From: Candidatus Calditenuaceae archaeon
GTDB lineage: Archaea; Thermoproteota; Nitrososphaeria_A; Caldarchaeales; Calditenuaceae
DNA length: 16,821 nt
Assembly (NCBI GenBank): GCA_025058225.1
Contig: JANXEE010000002.1
Location: forward strand, 1-16,821
Direction of reading: 5' to 3'
The notes under the pieces were generated by a model. The model ran no database searches. It was given only the letters and a program-made list of their open reading frames with translations, and was not told the origin of the DNA. Position numbers and translations under genes: made by a program. Positions within the stretch are counted from its first letter, which is position 1; every line of letters starts with the position of its first letter. Of the stretch, positions 1-7,967 are shown piece by piece.

Positions 1-396
1 GTTGAGGACGACCACGACTTCGAGGCCACCGTGAGACTGATGGAGAGGGTGAGACCGGACTTCGTCAACATATCGAGGTTCTACCCGCGGCCGAAGACAG
101 AGGCCGCGAGGCTGAGACCTCTCAGCGACGAGGTCGTCAACCGGAGGAGCAGGGCCCTGACGGAGGTCTGCTCGAGGATCTCCCGGGAGCGAATGAACGA
201 GTGGATCGGGTGGGAGGGGTTGGCCCTAGTCGACGAAGTCGGTCCTCGTGGTGAAGCCATAGCGAGGAACATCGATTACAGGCCTATAGCTGTCCCAGGG
301 ACCGATGGGAGGTCGCTGCTCGGCAAATGGGTGGAGGTGCGTGTCACAGGCGCCAAGACCTTCTGTCTGATCGGCGAGCTGAAGGGTGTCCTGTAG
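1..396 (+). CDS. C-terminal part of a MiaB-like tRNA methylthiotransferase (radical SAM, TRAM domain; archaeal t6A methylthiotransferase type), truncated at the window edge
   Basis: Frame 1 is open from base 1: VEDDHDFEATVRLMERVRPDFVNISRFYPRPKTEAARL..., typical of the radical SAM tail. The C-terminus resembles a TRAM domain (RNIDYRPIAVPGTDGRSLLGKWVEVRVTGAKTFCLIGEL). Confidence 0.85.
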   Translation, partial: VEDDHDFEATVRLMERVRPDFVNISRFYPRPKTEAARLRPLSDEVVNRRSRALTEVCSRISRERMNEWIGWEGLALVDEVGPRGEAIARNIDYRPIAVPGTDGRSLLGKWVEVRVTGAKTFCLIGELKGVL

Positions 397-404
397 GACG
401 AACG

Positions 405-929
405 TCAGGCCACGTAGGTGAGGTTCTCGTCGTCGAAGTGCCTCACGAGCCTCGGCTCGGATGGTCCGATCTGACCTTGGTTCAGCAGGGCCCTCACCTC
501 ATCCTCACCGAGGGGTTTTACGGCGAACCTGAAGGCCGGATGGTCGTCTCCGAACTCGGACCTCGTTATCTCCATCACCAACCGACGGGTCTCAGATTCG
601 TCCACGTAGCCGAGCGAGTGGAGGTACTCGTGCAGCAGAACCGTGAACAGGTAGGACTTGAGTTCTGTTTGGGGCGCTCCCCGACCCACGAGCGCCGAGA
701 TCACCCTCCTGTTCAGGACGATGAAGTTGGTTCCGATGCCATGATATGCGAGGACGAAGGCCGGTTCGTCGGCGAGCACCAGCATCAGTCCCGCCCTCCT
801 GATGCCCAGCCTCCTCTCCACCACCCTCTTGACCAGCGCGAAGATGTCCCTGAAGTCCTGCGCCCTCTCAAGCTCCGATCTGGTGTCCACCGTCCAGCTT
901 TCCACCCGGCACCTCATAACCATTGACAC
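405..929 (-). CDS. Small putative zinc metallopeptidase (zincin-like) of unknown function
   Basis: HExxH-type motif in a predicted helix (FTVLLHEYLHSLGYVDESETRRLVMEI), about 174 aa. The start codon is uncertain (GTG 929, ATG 923 or downstream). Confidence 0.65.
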   Translation of the reverse strand: MSMVMRCRVESWTVDTRSELERAQDFRDIFALVKRVVERRLGIRRAGLMLVLADEPAFVLAYHGIGTNFIVLNRRVISALVGRGAPQTELKSYLFTVLLHEYLHSLGYVDESETRRLVMEITRSEFGDDHPAFRFAVKPLGEDEVRALLNQGQIGPSEPRLVRHFDDENLTYVA

Positions 930-1049
930 TCGTCACGTCCAGTCGCGAGGTGGCGACTCAGTTTACGTCAGGGGTTGTCCTTCGTCTCCGGAAGTCCGTC
1001 AAGTCGCGGGCAAAACCCTAATACCGGGGGATGGAGAGGTGGACGCGAG

Positions 1050-1415
1050 ATGTCTGCCAGCGAGTTGCCGATGAACGTCCAGCAGCAGTTAGCAAGGCTC
1101 CAGCAGCTTCAGCAGACCCTCGCGGTTCTACTCTCGGAGAAGCAGAGGATCCAGACGGAGCTCGAGGAGATCAAACTCGCGCTGGAAGAGCTCTCGAAGG
1201 TCGACGAGTCGGTGATCGTGTACAAGGCGGTGGGGCCGCTGCTAGTTCAGACAGTTAAGGAGAAGGTGATCAGCGAGCTCTCCGAGAAGAGGGACCTTAA
1301 CGACACCAGGCTCAAGGTCCTCGAGAAGCAGGAGGCCAAGACGAGGAGCCAGATCACCACGCTGCAGAAGGAGATACAGATGAGCCTCGGGACCGGTCGG
1401 TCAGAGGAGTCGTGA
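1050..1415 (+). CDS. pfdB: Prefoldin subunit beta
   Basis: MSASELPMNVQQQLARLQQLQQTLAVLLSEKQRIQTELEEIKLALEELSKVDESVIVYKAVGPLLVQTVKEKVISELSEKRD...: coiled-coil, beta-hairpin, coiled-coil as in archaeal prefoldin beta. The ORF track starts at 975, but ATG 1050 fits the family. Confidence 0.93.
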   Translation: MSASELPMNVQQQLARLQQLQQTLAVLLSEKQRIQTELEEIKLALEELSKVDESVIVYKAVGPLLVQTVKEKVISELSEKRDLNDTRLKVLEKQEAKTRSQITTLQKEIQMSLGTGRSEES

Positions 1416-2446
1416 GCTTCGGGTTCTCCGGACATAGGGAGCTGATCAGGTCACCTGACCTCGTCTGGAGGCTTTTGGAACACCTCATGACCCTGCGGGA
1501 CCAGAAGGTCACCGTTCTCACCCACATGGGCGGAGACCCTGATTCCCTTGCGTCCTCGATGGTCCTGAGGTCCCTTTTGGCAGCGGCGGTCAAGTGTGCC
1601 GAGGTTCACGTCCACGTCCCCGGGGAAATGTCGGACTCCGCGAGGAGGTTCGCATCGGCGCTCGATGTCGAACTGGTTCACGAGCTTCCCGACTCGGACC
1701 GTTACATAGCGATTGATGTCGGATCCCCTTCGCAGCTGGGGAGAGCGCTCGCACAGGTTTCCGGGAGGCTGACCGTGATAGACCACCACCAACCCCAGCA
1801 CAACTTCGATACCTCAGAGGTATTCATCGCCCCCGAGTACCGCTCCTGCTCGGAGATGGTCTTGGACCTCTGTCTCCTAGCCGGATACACACCGGAACCG
1901 CGGGAGGCTACGGCCCTCTACTTCGGGACCTACTACGACACCGTGAGACTGACCACATGTGACTCCCTAGTCCTCAAGAAGGTCGGCGTGCTCGGTGAGT
2001 TAGGCGCTGAGCCCGGCAAGCTGGCGGAGCGGTTGGAGGTCCCCCCGGACTACTCGGAGAGGGTTGCGAGGCTCAAGGGCATCAGGAGAGCCAGGCTCTA
2101 CAGGTGCGAGAACGTCATCGTCGCGCTCACCAGGGTCAGTGCCTTCAGGCCCTCCGTAGCCAGGGCCCTCCTCACGGCGGGTGCGGGCATAGCGGTTGTC
2201 GGGGACGAGGTGGAAGGCGTTTCTGAGCTGACGTTCAGGGTTTCCAACGAGGTCGCGTCGACCTATTCGTTCAACGTCGTGAGGGATCTGGTTAACCCGC
2301 TCATCTCGAAATACGGCGGTTCTGGAGGGGGGCACGCCGCAGCCGCGAGGGTGAGGGTTCACGTGGGGCTCGATGAGGCCTTCAGGAGGTGCGTGGATCT
2401 GATCGGAGGCATGCTGGGTGCCAACCTCACGCCGGTGGACGAGTGA
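1412..2446 (+). CDS. DHH/DHHA1-family phosphoesterase (NrnA/RecJ-like)
   Basis: THMGGDPDSLASS, YIAIDVGS, VIDHHQP and C-terminal GGSGGGHAAAA glycine-rich DHHA1 motif. GTG start overlaps the pfdB stop by 4 nt. Confidence 0.88.
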   Translation: MSFGFSGHRELIRSPDLVWRLLEHLMTLRDQKVTVLTHMGGDPDSLASSMVLRSLLAAAVKCAEVHVHVPGEMSDSARRFASALDVELVHELPDSDRYIAIDVGSPSQLGRALAQVSGRLTVIDHHQPQHNFDTSEVFIAPEYRSCSEMVLDLCLLAGYTPEPREATALYFGTYYDTVRLTTCDSLVLKKVGVLGELGAEPGKLAERLEVPPDYSERVARLKGIRRARLYRCENVIVALTRVSAFRPSVARALLTAGAGIAVVGDEVEGVSELTFRVSNEVASTYSFNVVRDLVNPLISKYGGSGGGHAAAARVRVHVGLDEAFRRCVDLIGGMLGANLTPVDE

Positions 2447-3294
2447 TGCCGGTCATCGAGGTCAAGGGGCTCAGGTTCAGATATGAGGGGTCCGAGAGCT
2501 GGTCGATAGACGGCGTCGACTTCGAGGTCTCCGAGGGCGAGCTTGTGCTGGTGGTGGGACCGACCGGTTCTGGCAAGTCAACGCTCCTGAGGGCCATAGT
2601 GGGCTTGGTGCCGCACTTCTACAAAGGAGAGTATCACGGCTCGGTGAGGGTTTGCGGGATCGATGTACCGAACACTCCTGTACACGTGGTCGCCACCAAG
2701 GTCGGCATGGTCTTCCAGAACCCCGAGACTCAGCTCTTCTCGACGACCGTAGAGGCGGAGATAGCCTTCCCGCTGGAGAACCTCGGCATCCCGAGGAGCG
2801 AGATGGTGGTGCGGGTAGAGGAGGTCCTGAGGGCGACGGGCATGACCGAGCTCAGGAAGAAGAACCCCGCGGAGCTCTCGGGAGGACAGAAGCAGCGCCT
2901 CGCGATCGCGTCGATCCTCGCCATGAGACCGGAGGTGCTGGTCCTGGACGAGCCCACCTCGATGCTTGATCCGATATCGGCGTCGGAGATCCTGGAGTTC
3001 GTGGTGCGCTACTGCAGATCGGAACGGAAGACGCTGGTCGTCTCCGAGCACAGGCTTGACCTTCTGGTACCCCTAGTTGACAGGATGACCGTCATCAAGG
3101 ACGGCAGGATCTCCTTCGACGGTCCGCCGCACGAGTTCTTCCTCCACGGCACCGGTGAGGAGTTCAGAATCAAACCGCCACGGGTCCCCGAGATATACCA
3201 CAGGGTGGCAGCGGCTGTCGGTCTGGAAAGGAGTGTAAGGGTGCCCCTGACGGCGGGTCAGCTCGTAGAGCTGGTCTCCTCGGGTGACCCTTGA
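2446..3294 (+). CDS. ecfA: Energy-coupling factor (ECF) transporter ATP-binding protein, EcfA/CbiO family
   Basis: Walker A GPTGSGKST, GMVFQNPETQLFS (ECF-type Q-loop), signature LSGGQKQRLAIA, Walker B VLVLDEPTSMLDP, H-loop VVSEHR. ATG 2446 overlaps the preceding TGA; the ORF track's 2389 start is N-terminally over-extended. Confidence 0.92.
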   Translation: MPVIEVKGLRFRYEGSESWSIDGVDFEVSEGELVLVVGPTGSGKSTLLRAIVGLVPHFYKGEYHGSVRVCGIDVPNTPVHVVATKVGMVFQNPETQLFSTTVEAEIAFPLENLGIPRSEMVVRVEEVLRATGMTELRKKNPAELSGGQKQRLAIASILAMRPEVLVLDEPTSMLDPISASEILEFVVRYCRSERKTLVVSEHRLDLLVPLVDRMTVIKDGRISFDGPPHEFFLHGTGEEFRIKPPRVPEIYHRVAAAVGLERSVRVPLTAGQLVELVSSGDP

Positions 3295-4124
3295 TGCTGG
3301 AGGCGGTGAACGTCAGCTACGTGTATCCGAGCGGGAAGGTGGCCCTGGACGACGTCAACCTGGCAGTACGCGATGGTGAGGTGATGGTGCTGATGGGTAG
3401 CAACGGAGCCGGTAAGACCACACTCCTGAAGACACTAGTGGGGCTTCTGAGGCCCAAGAGCGGAAAGGTCCTGTTGGACGGTATGGAGGTCTCGTCCATG
3501 CCCGTGAGAGAGGTCTCCAGGATGATCGGTTACGTTCCCCAGATCGCCGACAGTCTGTTCTTCCTCGAAAGCGTCTGGGAAGAGATGACCTATGCTCTGA
3601 GGAACTTCGGCATCGGAGACGCAGATCACCGTGTTGAGTCGCTGCTCGAGAGGTTCGGTCTTGATGGGCTGAAGGACAGGTCGCCTTTCTCCCTCAGCGG
3701 CGGACAGAAGAAGAGGCTCTCGATCGCGGTGGTGCTGGCTTGGGACCCGAAGTACGTGCTCCTCGACGAACCGACCCTGGGCCAGGACAAGTCAGGCAGG
3801 GAGGCGATAGCGTGGACCATCGAGTCTCTGAGAAAGGAGGGTAGAGGGGTTGTGATTGCCACGCACGACGTCGAGTTCGCGTCCGAGCTGGACCCGCGGG
3901 TGACGCTCCTGAGCTCCGGAAGGGTTCTGGCCTCGGGCACGGCAGCGGAGGTCCTCTCCGACGAAGAGCTCCTGAGGTCCGCGAACCTGCTTCCTCCCCA
4001 GTCGGTCGTCATATCCAAGCAGCTTGGACGCCTCGGTGTGCAGACAACACACAGAGTGGACGAGCTCGTATCGAGCATCGCGTCGGTCATGAGGTGCAAG
4101 GGATTTGGCCGCAAACATCGCTGA
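3294..4124 (+). CDS. ecfA: Second ECF transporter ATP-binding protein, EcfA/CbiO family
   Basis: Walker A GSNGAGKTT, GYVPQ, LSGGQKKRLSIA, YVLLDEPTLGQD, VVIATHD. Start is ATG 3294 or the in-frame TTG 3291, overlapping the upstream stop. Confidence 0.92.
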   Translation: MLEAVNVSYVYPSGKVALDDVNLAVRDGEVMVLMGSNGAGKTTLLKTLVGLLRPKSGKVLLDGMEVSSMPVREVSRMIGYVPQIADSLFFLESVWEEMTYALRNFGIGDADHRVESLLERFGLDGLKDRSPFSLSGGQKKRLSIAVVLAWDPKYVLLDEPTLGQDKSGREAIAWTIESLRKEGRGVVIATHDVEFASELDPRVTLLSSGRVLASGTAAEVLSDEELLRSANLLPPQSVVISKQLGRLGVQTTHRVDELVSSIASVMRCKGFGRKHR

Positions 4125-4881
4125 TCTCCTCAGATACAGGGAAGTCGAGTCGCCGCTGATCAGGTTGGACCCGAGAGTGAAGCTGCTGATCGCGATCTAC
4201 CTCTTCTCCACGACGCTGATCTTCGACAGGCCCTTCTGGTTGAGCATCCTCGTCTCGACTGCCGTGCTATTCACGGTCTGGTTAACGCTTCTCTCGATCG
4301 GCGCCTCTAGGAGGTTGCTGAGGACGATAAGGGCGCTGTCGTTCTTCCTGGCGTTCGTGGTGCTGCTGAACGCCCTAGGCTTCGTCTCCCAGGGACTCAA
4401 TCCCTTGACTCCAGAGTTCGTCGCGATCACCTCGTCACAGCTGATGAGGTTCATCGCGGCCATCGTCTCCTTCTCGTTCTTCCTGCTGACGGTATCTCCT
4501 GAGGCCTTCGCAGCAACCCTCAGGTCTCTGAAGCTCCCCTACGACTACGTCTTCGCGATGACCGCGGCGATCAGGTTCGCGCCGCTCTTCCTCGAGGAGA
4601 TACAGGAGGTGATCGACTCACAGAGGCTGCGGGGTGTGGACTACAGCACCAGGAACCCCATCAAGCGTTTCAGGAACTACGTGAGGGCCTTCGTGCCGGT
4701 CGTGATAAACGCGCTCAAGAGGTCCTTCGAGATGGCCGAGGCCCTCGAGGTCAAGTGTTACGGCGCCGTCAGGGACAGGACCAGCTTCTACGTCCTGAGG
4801 GCCAAGGGGTCCGATGTGGGCGTCCTGGTGGCCTCCACCGCCGCCTTCGCAACACTGGTCACGCTGAGGTTGCTCCTCTGA
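4105..4881 (+). CDS. ecfT: ECF transporter transmembrane (T) component
   Basis: Multi-pass hydrophobic protein starting SPLIRLDPRVKLLIAIYLF (EcfT N-terminus) with the coupling-helix region QRLRGVDYSTRNPIKRFRNYVRAFVPVVINALKRSFEMAEALEVKCYG. Confidence 0.88.
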   Translation: MAANIADLLRYREVESPLIRLDPRVKLLIAIYLFSTTLIFDRPFWLSILVSTAVLFTVWLTLLSIGASRRLLRTIRALSFFLAFVVLLNALGFVSQGLNPLTPEFVAITSSQLMRFIAAIVSFSFFLLTVSPEAFAATLRSLKLPYDYVFAMTAAIRFAPLFLEEIQEVIDSQRLRGVDYSTRNPIKRFRNYVRAFVPVVINALKRSFEMAEALEVKCYGAVRDRTSFYVLRAKGSDVGVLVASTAAFATLVTLRLLL

Positions 4882-5845
4882 GACGGAACTCCACGACTTG
4901 ATGGAGGTCGTTGAGCAGCGAGGAAACTGTTGGTTCACCGGCCCCATGACCGATGAGGGTCAGGTCTCTTGCTATCCTGAACCTGAAGGTAACCGCGTTG
5001 AGCGTTCCGTGTACGCACAGCGGATCGTTGGCCTTCACCAGCCTAGGGGCCACGAGGAGCTTGCCTTCACCGTCCACGGAACCTATCAGCTTGACGGACA
5101 TGTTGGACTCTCGAGCGGCCGCGACCGCCTCCTGCGTAACCCTAGTTATCCCCGCCACCCTGACGTCCTCGAGGCCCCTGTCGAGGCCCATCAGCGAGTT
5201 CGCGAGGATCAGGAGCTTCAGGGCGGTGTCGTAGCCGTTCACGTCCAGCGACGGGTCCCTCTCCGCGATCCCGAGGTTCTGGGCCTCCCTTAGGGCAAGC
5301 TCGAAGGTCAGCCCCTCGAACTGCATCCTGCTCAGTATGTAGTTGGTCGTGCCGTTGAGGATGCCCCTGATGGAGAGGAGGTCGTCTCCACGCATGCAGA
5401 GCCTCCTGAGGGTTATCAAAGGAATACCGCCGCCAACGGTCGAGTCGAAGAGCAGCAGCTTCCCCGCGGAGCTCGCCAGATCCGTGAGCTCCCTGTAACG
5501 GAGGGCTATCGGTGCCTTGTTGGCCGTGACGACGTCGATGCCGTTGCTCAGAGCTGCTCGAATGTTGCTGAGGCCGGGCTCAGCGCTGGGGAGGTTAGTC
5601 GGTGTCAGCTCCACCAGCACGTCGAAGGCACCTTCCCTAATCAGGGAGAGCGCGCTCCCTTTCGTGAACACCTCGGAGTCCGAGAGATCGCCCTTCAGGT
5701 CGTCCGGAGACAGACCTTCATCCCTGTGGACGTAGCCGGAGGACCTCGCGACACCAACCAGCTTGACGCCGGAGACCCTGTGGTCCATCAACTCCCTCGC
5801 CAGCAATTTCCCCAAGAAGCCGTAGCCGTTAACGAAGACCTTCAA
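4859..5845 (-). CDS. hom: Homoserine dehydrogenase
   Basis: VFVNGYGFLGKLLARELM (nucleotide-binding), NGIDVVTANKAPIA, FDSTVGGGIPLI, ILNGTTNYILSRM, AERDPSLDVNGYDTALKLLILAN. TTG at 5845 is preceded by GGAGGTG on the minus strand; the ORF track extends to 5884. Confidence 0.92.
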   Translation of the reverse strand: MKVFVNGYGFLGKLLARELMDHRVSGVKLVGVARSSGYVHRDEGLSPDDLKGDLSDSEVFTKGSALSLIREGAFDVLVELTPTNLPSAEPGLSNIRAALSNGIDVVTANKAPIALRYRELTDLASSAGKLLLFDSTVGGGIPLITLRRLCMRGDDLLSIRGILNGTTNYILSRMQFEGLTFELALREAQNLGIAERDPSLDVNGYDTALKLLILANSLMGLDRGLEDVRVAGITRVTQEAVAAARESNMSVKLIGSVDGEGKLLVAPRLVKANDPLCVHGTLNAVTFRFRIARDLTLIGHGAGEPTVSSLLNDLHQVVEFRLRGATSA

Positions 5846-5855
5846 GGTCAGCCCT

Positions 5856-6329
5856 TCACACCTCCGATATCGCGAGGGCCCCATGTCTCTCGGCGATCGA
5901 GGCGAGGTCGTCGTGGAGTTTTGAGATCCTGTCCGCAGGAACCTCCATCAGCAGCTTCACGGTCAGGGCCTCACCGTACCCTCTAGTGGAGGACTCGATG
6001 ACTCTGTAACCCCTCGACTCCAGCTCCGAGAGGAGCGAGTCCAACCTGACGCCACCAACGACGATCGCCATGGCCATTTCCTTCTCCAGGCTCTCGGCTC
6101 CCATGACGGGCACTCCGACGCCCTCTATCCCCTTCCTCGCCCTCTCGAGGCTCTGAGGGTCAGGGAACTCGACGTTGATGCTGACGGGCACGTATCCGGA
6201 CGTTATGATCTCCCTGTTGTGGACGATGGAGATGATGTTGCCCCCTGCGAGCGCGATCTGCTCGAGGACTTTCAGCAGCGTCCCGGGCCTGTCGATCAGC
6301 GCGCAGGTCAGCCTCACCCTCTGCTTCAA
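5856..6329 (-). CDS. ACT-domain protein, likely regulatory partner of homoserine dehydrogenase
   Basis: VRLTCALIDRPGTLLKVLEQIALAGGNIISIVHNREI is a classic ACT fold N-terminus. It lies directly upstream of hom on the same strand. Confidence 0.8.
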   Translation of the reverse strand: MKQRVRLTCALIDRPGTLLKVLEQIALAGGNIISIVHNREIITSGYVPVSINVEFPDPQSLERARKGIEGVGVPVMGAESLEKEMAMAIVVGGVRLDSLLSELESRGYRVIESSTRGYGEALTVKLLMEVPADRISKLHDDLASIAERHGALAISEV

Positions 6330-6455
6330 CGTCTCACCTCCGGCATCTTCGCTAAACGGTCCAGGTGTCTAAATTAGTTTGTGACGGCCTGCAGGAAAGG
6401 CGTTGAATGATCGTCTGCGAGTCGAATCCATTGCACCTCTGTGTCAGATCGATGT

Positions 6456-7928
6456 TCACCCTGCGCTGGGGAAGGACAGGGCCCTCTCCAGCCATCCCTT
6501 CAGCTCTGACACGTGGACCCTGACCTGCTCCGTCGTGTCCCTGTCCCGGACCGTTACGGTTTCGTCCTTCAAAGTCTGGTAATCGATCGTAACGCAGTAG
6601 GGAACTCCGATCTCGTCGAGCATGTGATATCTCTTCCCGATCGTGTCCTTCGACTCGTAGGCCGCGTCGAACTCCGTCCTCAGAGACTCGTAGATGTCCC
6701 ACGCCTTCTCCGGGAGCCCGTCCTTCTCGACCAGAGGCAACACGGCCACCTCCACCGGCGCGAGGAACTTCGGGATCTTCAGGACCCTCCTCTTGGCCTC
6801 CCTGACGTAATTGAGCTCCATCAACACGTAGACGCTCCTGTCGACGCCCATCGAGAGCTCGAAGACGTGCGGGAGGACCTTCCTGTTGCGGTTGGGGACC
6901 ATGAGGTCCTTTCCGCTGACCCTCATGTGTCCAGAGAGGTCATAGTCGCCCCGATAGTTGCACGCCACCAGCTCCACCCATCCCAGGGAAGTCTGCACTT
7001 CCAGGTCCCAAGCTTCTTTAGCGTAGAAGGCCTTCTCGTCGTCGCTGAGCCTCCGGAGCCTGATCTTGGACCTCTCCACACCCAGAAGCTCGTAGAACCT
7101 CTGCATCAGGGCCAGGTAGTAACCCGGAAGCCAGTGGGAGACCAGACCGGTCCTCAGGGCCTCCTCGACGGAGACCTCCCTGAAGTCGCCGCGCTCGCCG
7201 CCGAACCTCAGCCTGTAATCCTTTAGCCTCCTCCACCTGATGGGGTCGACGTCGTCCTCGGGATCGAAGAAGACCTCGACCTCCGCCTGATAGAACTCCC
7301 TGAGCCTTAGAAGGCTCTGCCTAGGCGAGATCTCGTTCCTGAAGCTCTTACCGAACTGACAGAGAGGCAACGGCAGTTTGGACCAGCCGATCTTGTAGGT
7401 CCTCAGGAAGTCGACGAAGAGCGATTGGCACGTCTCAGGCCTGAGGTAGGCCTCCTCGCCCTCACCGCCGACGTTGACCCTGAACATCATATTGAACCTC
7501 TCGACGCTGTCGAGCTCACCGCCGCATCGCTGACACCTGATGCCGTGCTCGAGGATGAGCGCGTAGATCTCCTCGTCCCTGAGCCTCTCCGGCACGATCT
7601 TGCCCGTGAACTCCTGGACCAGCCTGTCAGCCCTGTAAGTCGCTCTGCATGACTTGCATCTCGTCACCGGATCCGCGAACGACGCCAAGTGCCCCGATGC
7701 CACGAAGACCTTCTTCGCCATGATCACAGAGCCGTCGAGCTCCACCATGCCGTCGTATCTGACGACGTAGCGCCTCCACGCCTCCACGAACCTGTTCCTC
7801 AGCCCCAAGCCCAAGGGGCCGTAGTCCCAGAACCCCGCGGGCGCGTCGTCGTAGATCTCGCATGCCGGGAAGAAGAAGCCCCTCTTCAGGGAGAGGTCGA
7901 TCAGTTCGTCATAGACCCTGCCGGACAT
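6456..7928 (-). CDS. glyS: Glycyl-tRNA synthetase (archaeal/eukaryotic alpha2-type, class II)
   Basis: DLSLKRGFFFPACEIYDDAPAGFWDYGPLGLGLRNRFVEAWRR, EAYLRPETCQSLFVDF, GKSFRNEISPRQSLLRLREFYQAEVEVFFDP, ELSMGVDRSVYVLME, C-terminal anticodon-binding domain with VPYCVTIDYQTLKDETVTVRDRDT. Confidence 0.95.
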   Translation of the reverse strand: MSGRVYDELIDLSLKRGFFFPACEIYDDAPAGFWDYGPLGLGLRNRFVEAWRRYVVRYDGMVELDGSVIMAKKVFVASGHLASFADPVTRCKSCRATYRADRLVQEFTGKIVPERLRDEEIYALILEHGIRCQRCGGELDSVERFNMMFRVNVGGEGEEAYLRPETCQSLFVDFLRTYKIGWSKLPLPLCQFGKSFRNEISPRQSLLRLREFYQAEVEVFFDPEDDVDPIRWRRLKDYRLRFGGERGDFREVSVEEALRTGLVSHWLPGYYLALMQRFYELLGVERSKIRLRRLSDDEKAFYAKEAWDLEVQTSLGWVELVACNYRGDYDLSGHMRVSGKDLMVPNRNRKVLPHVFELSMGVDRSVYVLMELNYVREAKRRVLKIPKFLAPVEVAVLPLVEKDGLPEKAWDIYESLRTEFDAAYESKDTIGKRYHMLDEIGVPYCVTIDYQTLKDETVTVRDRDTTEQVRVHVSELKGWLERALSFPSAG

Positions 7929-7967
7929 GTCCCAGATCGATCCGTCGGCACGTGATAGAAAAACCCA

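Noticed and set aside
327-926. 199-aa plus-strand ORF opposite the zincin-like gene
   Set aside because: Antisense shadow ORF in GC-rich DNA. The minus-strand frame carries the coherent HEYLH protein.
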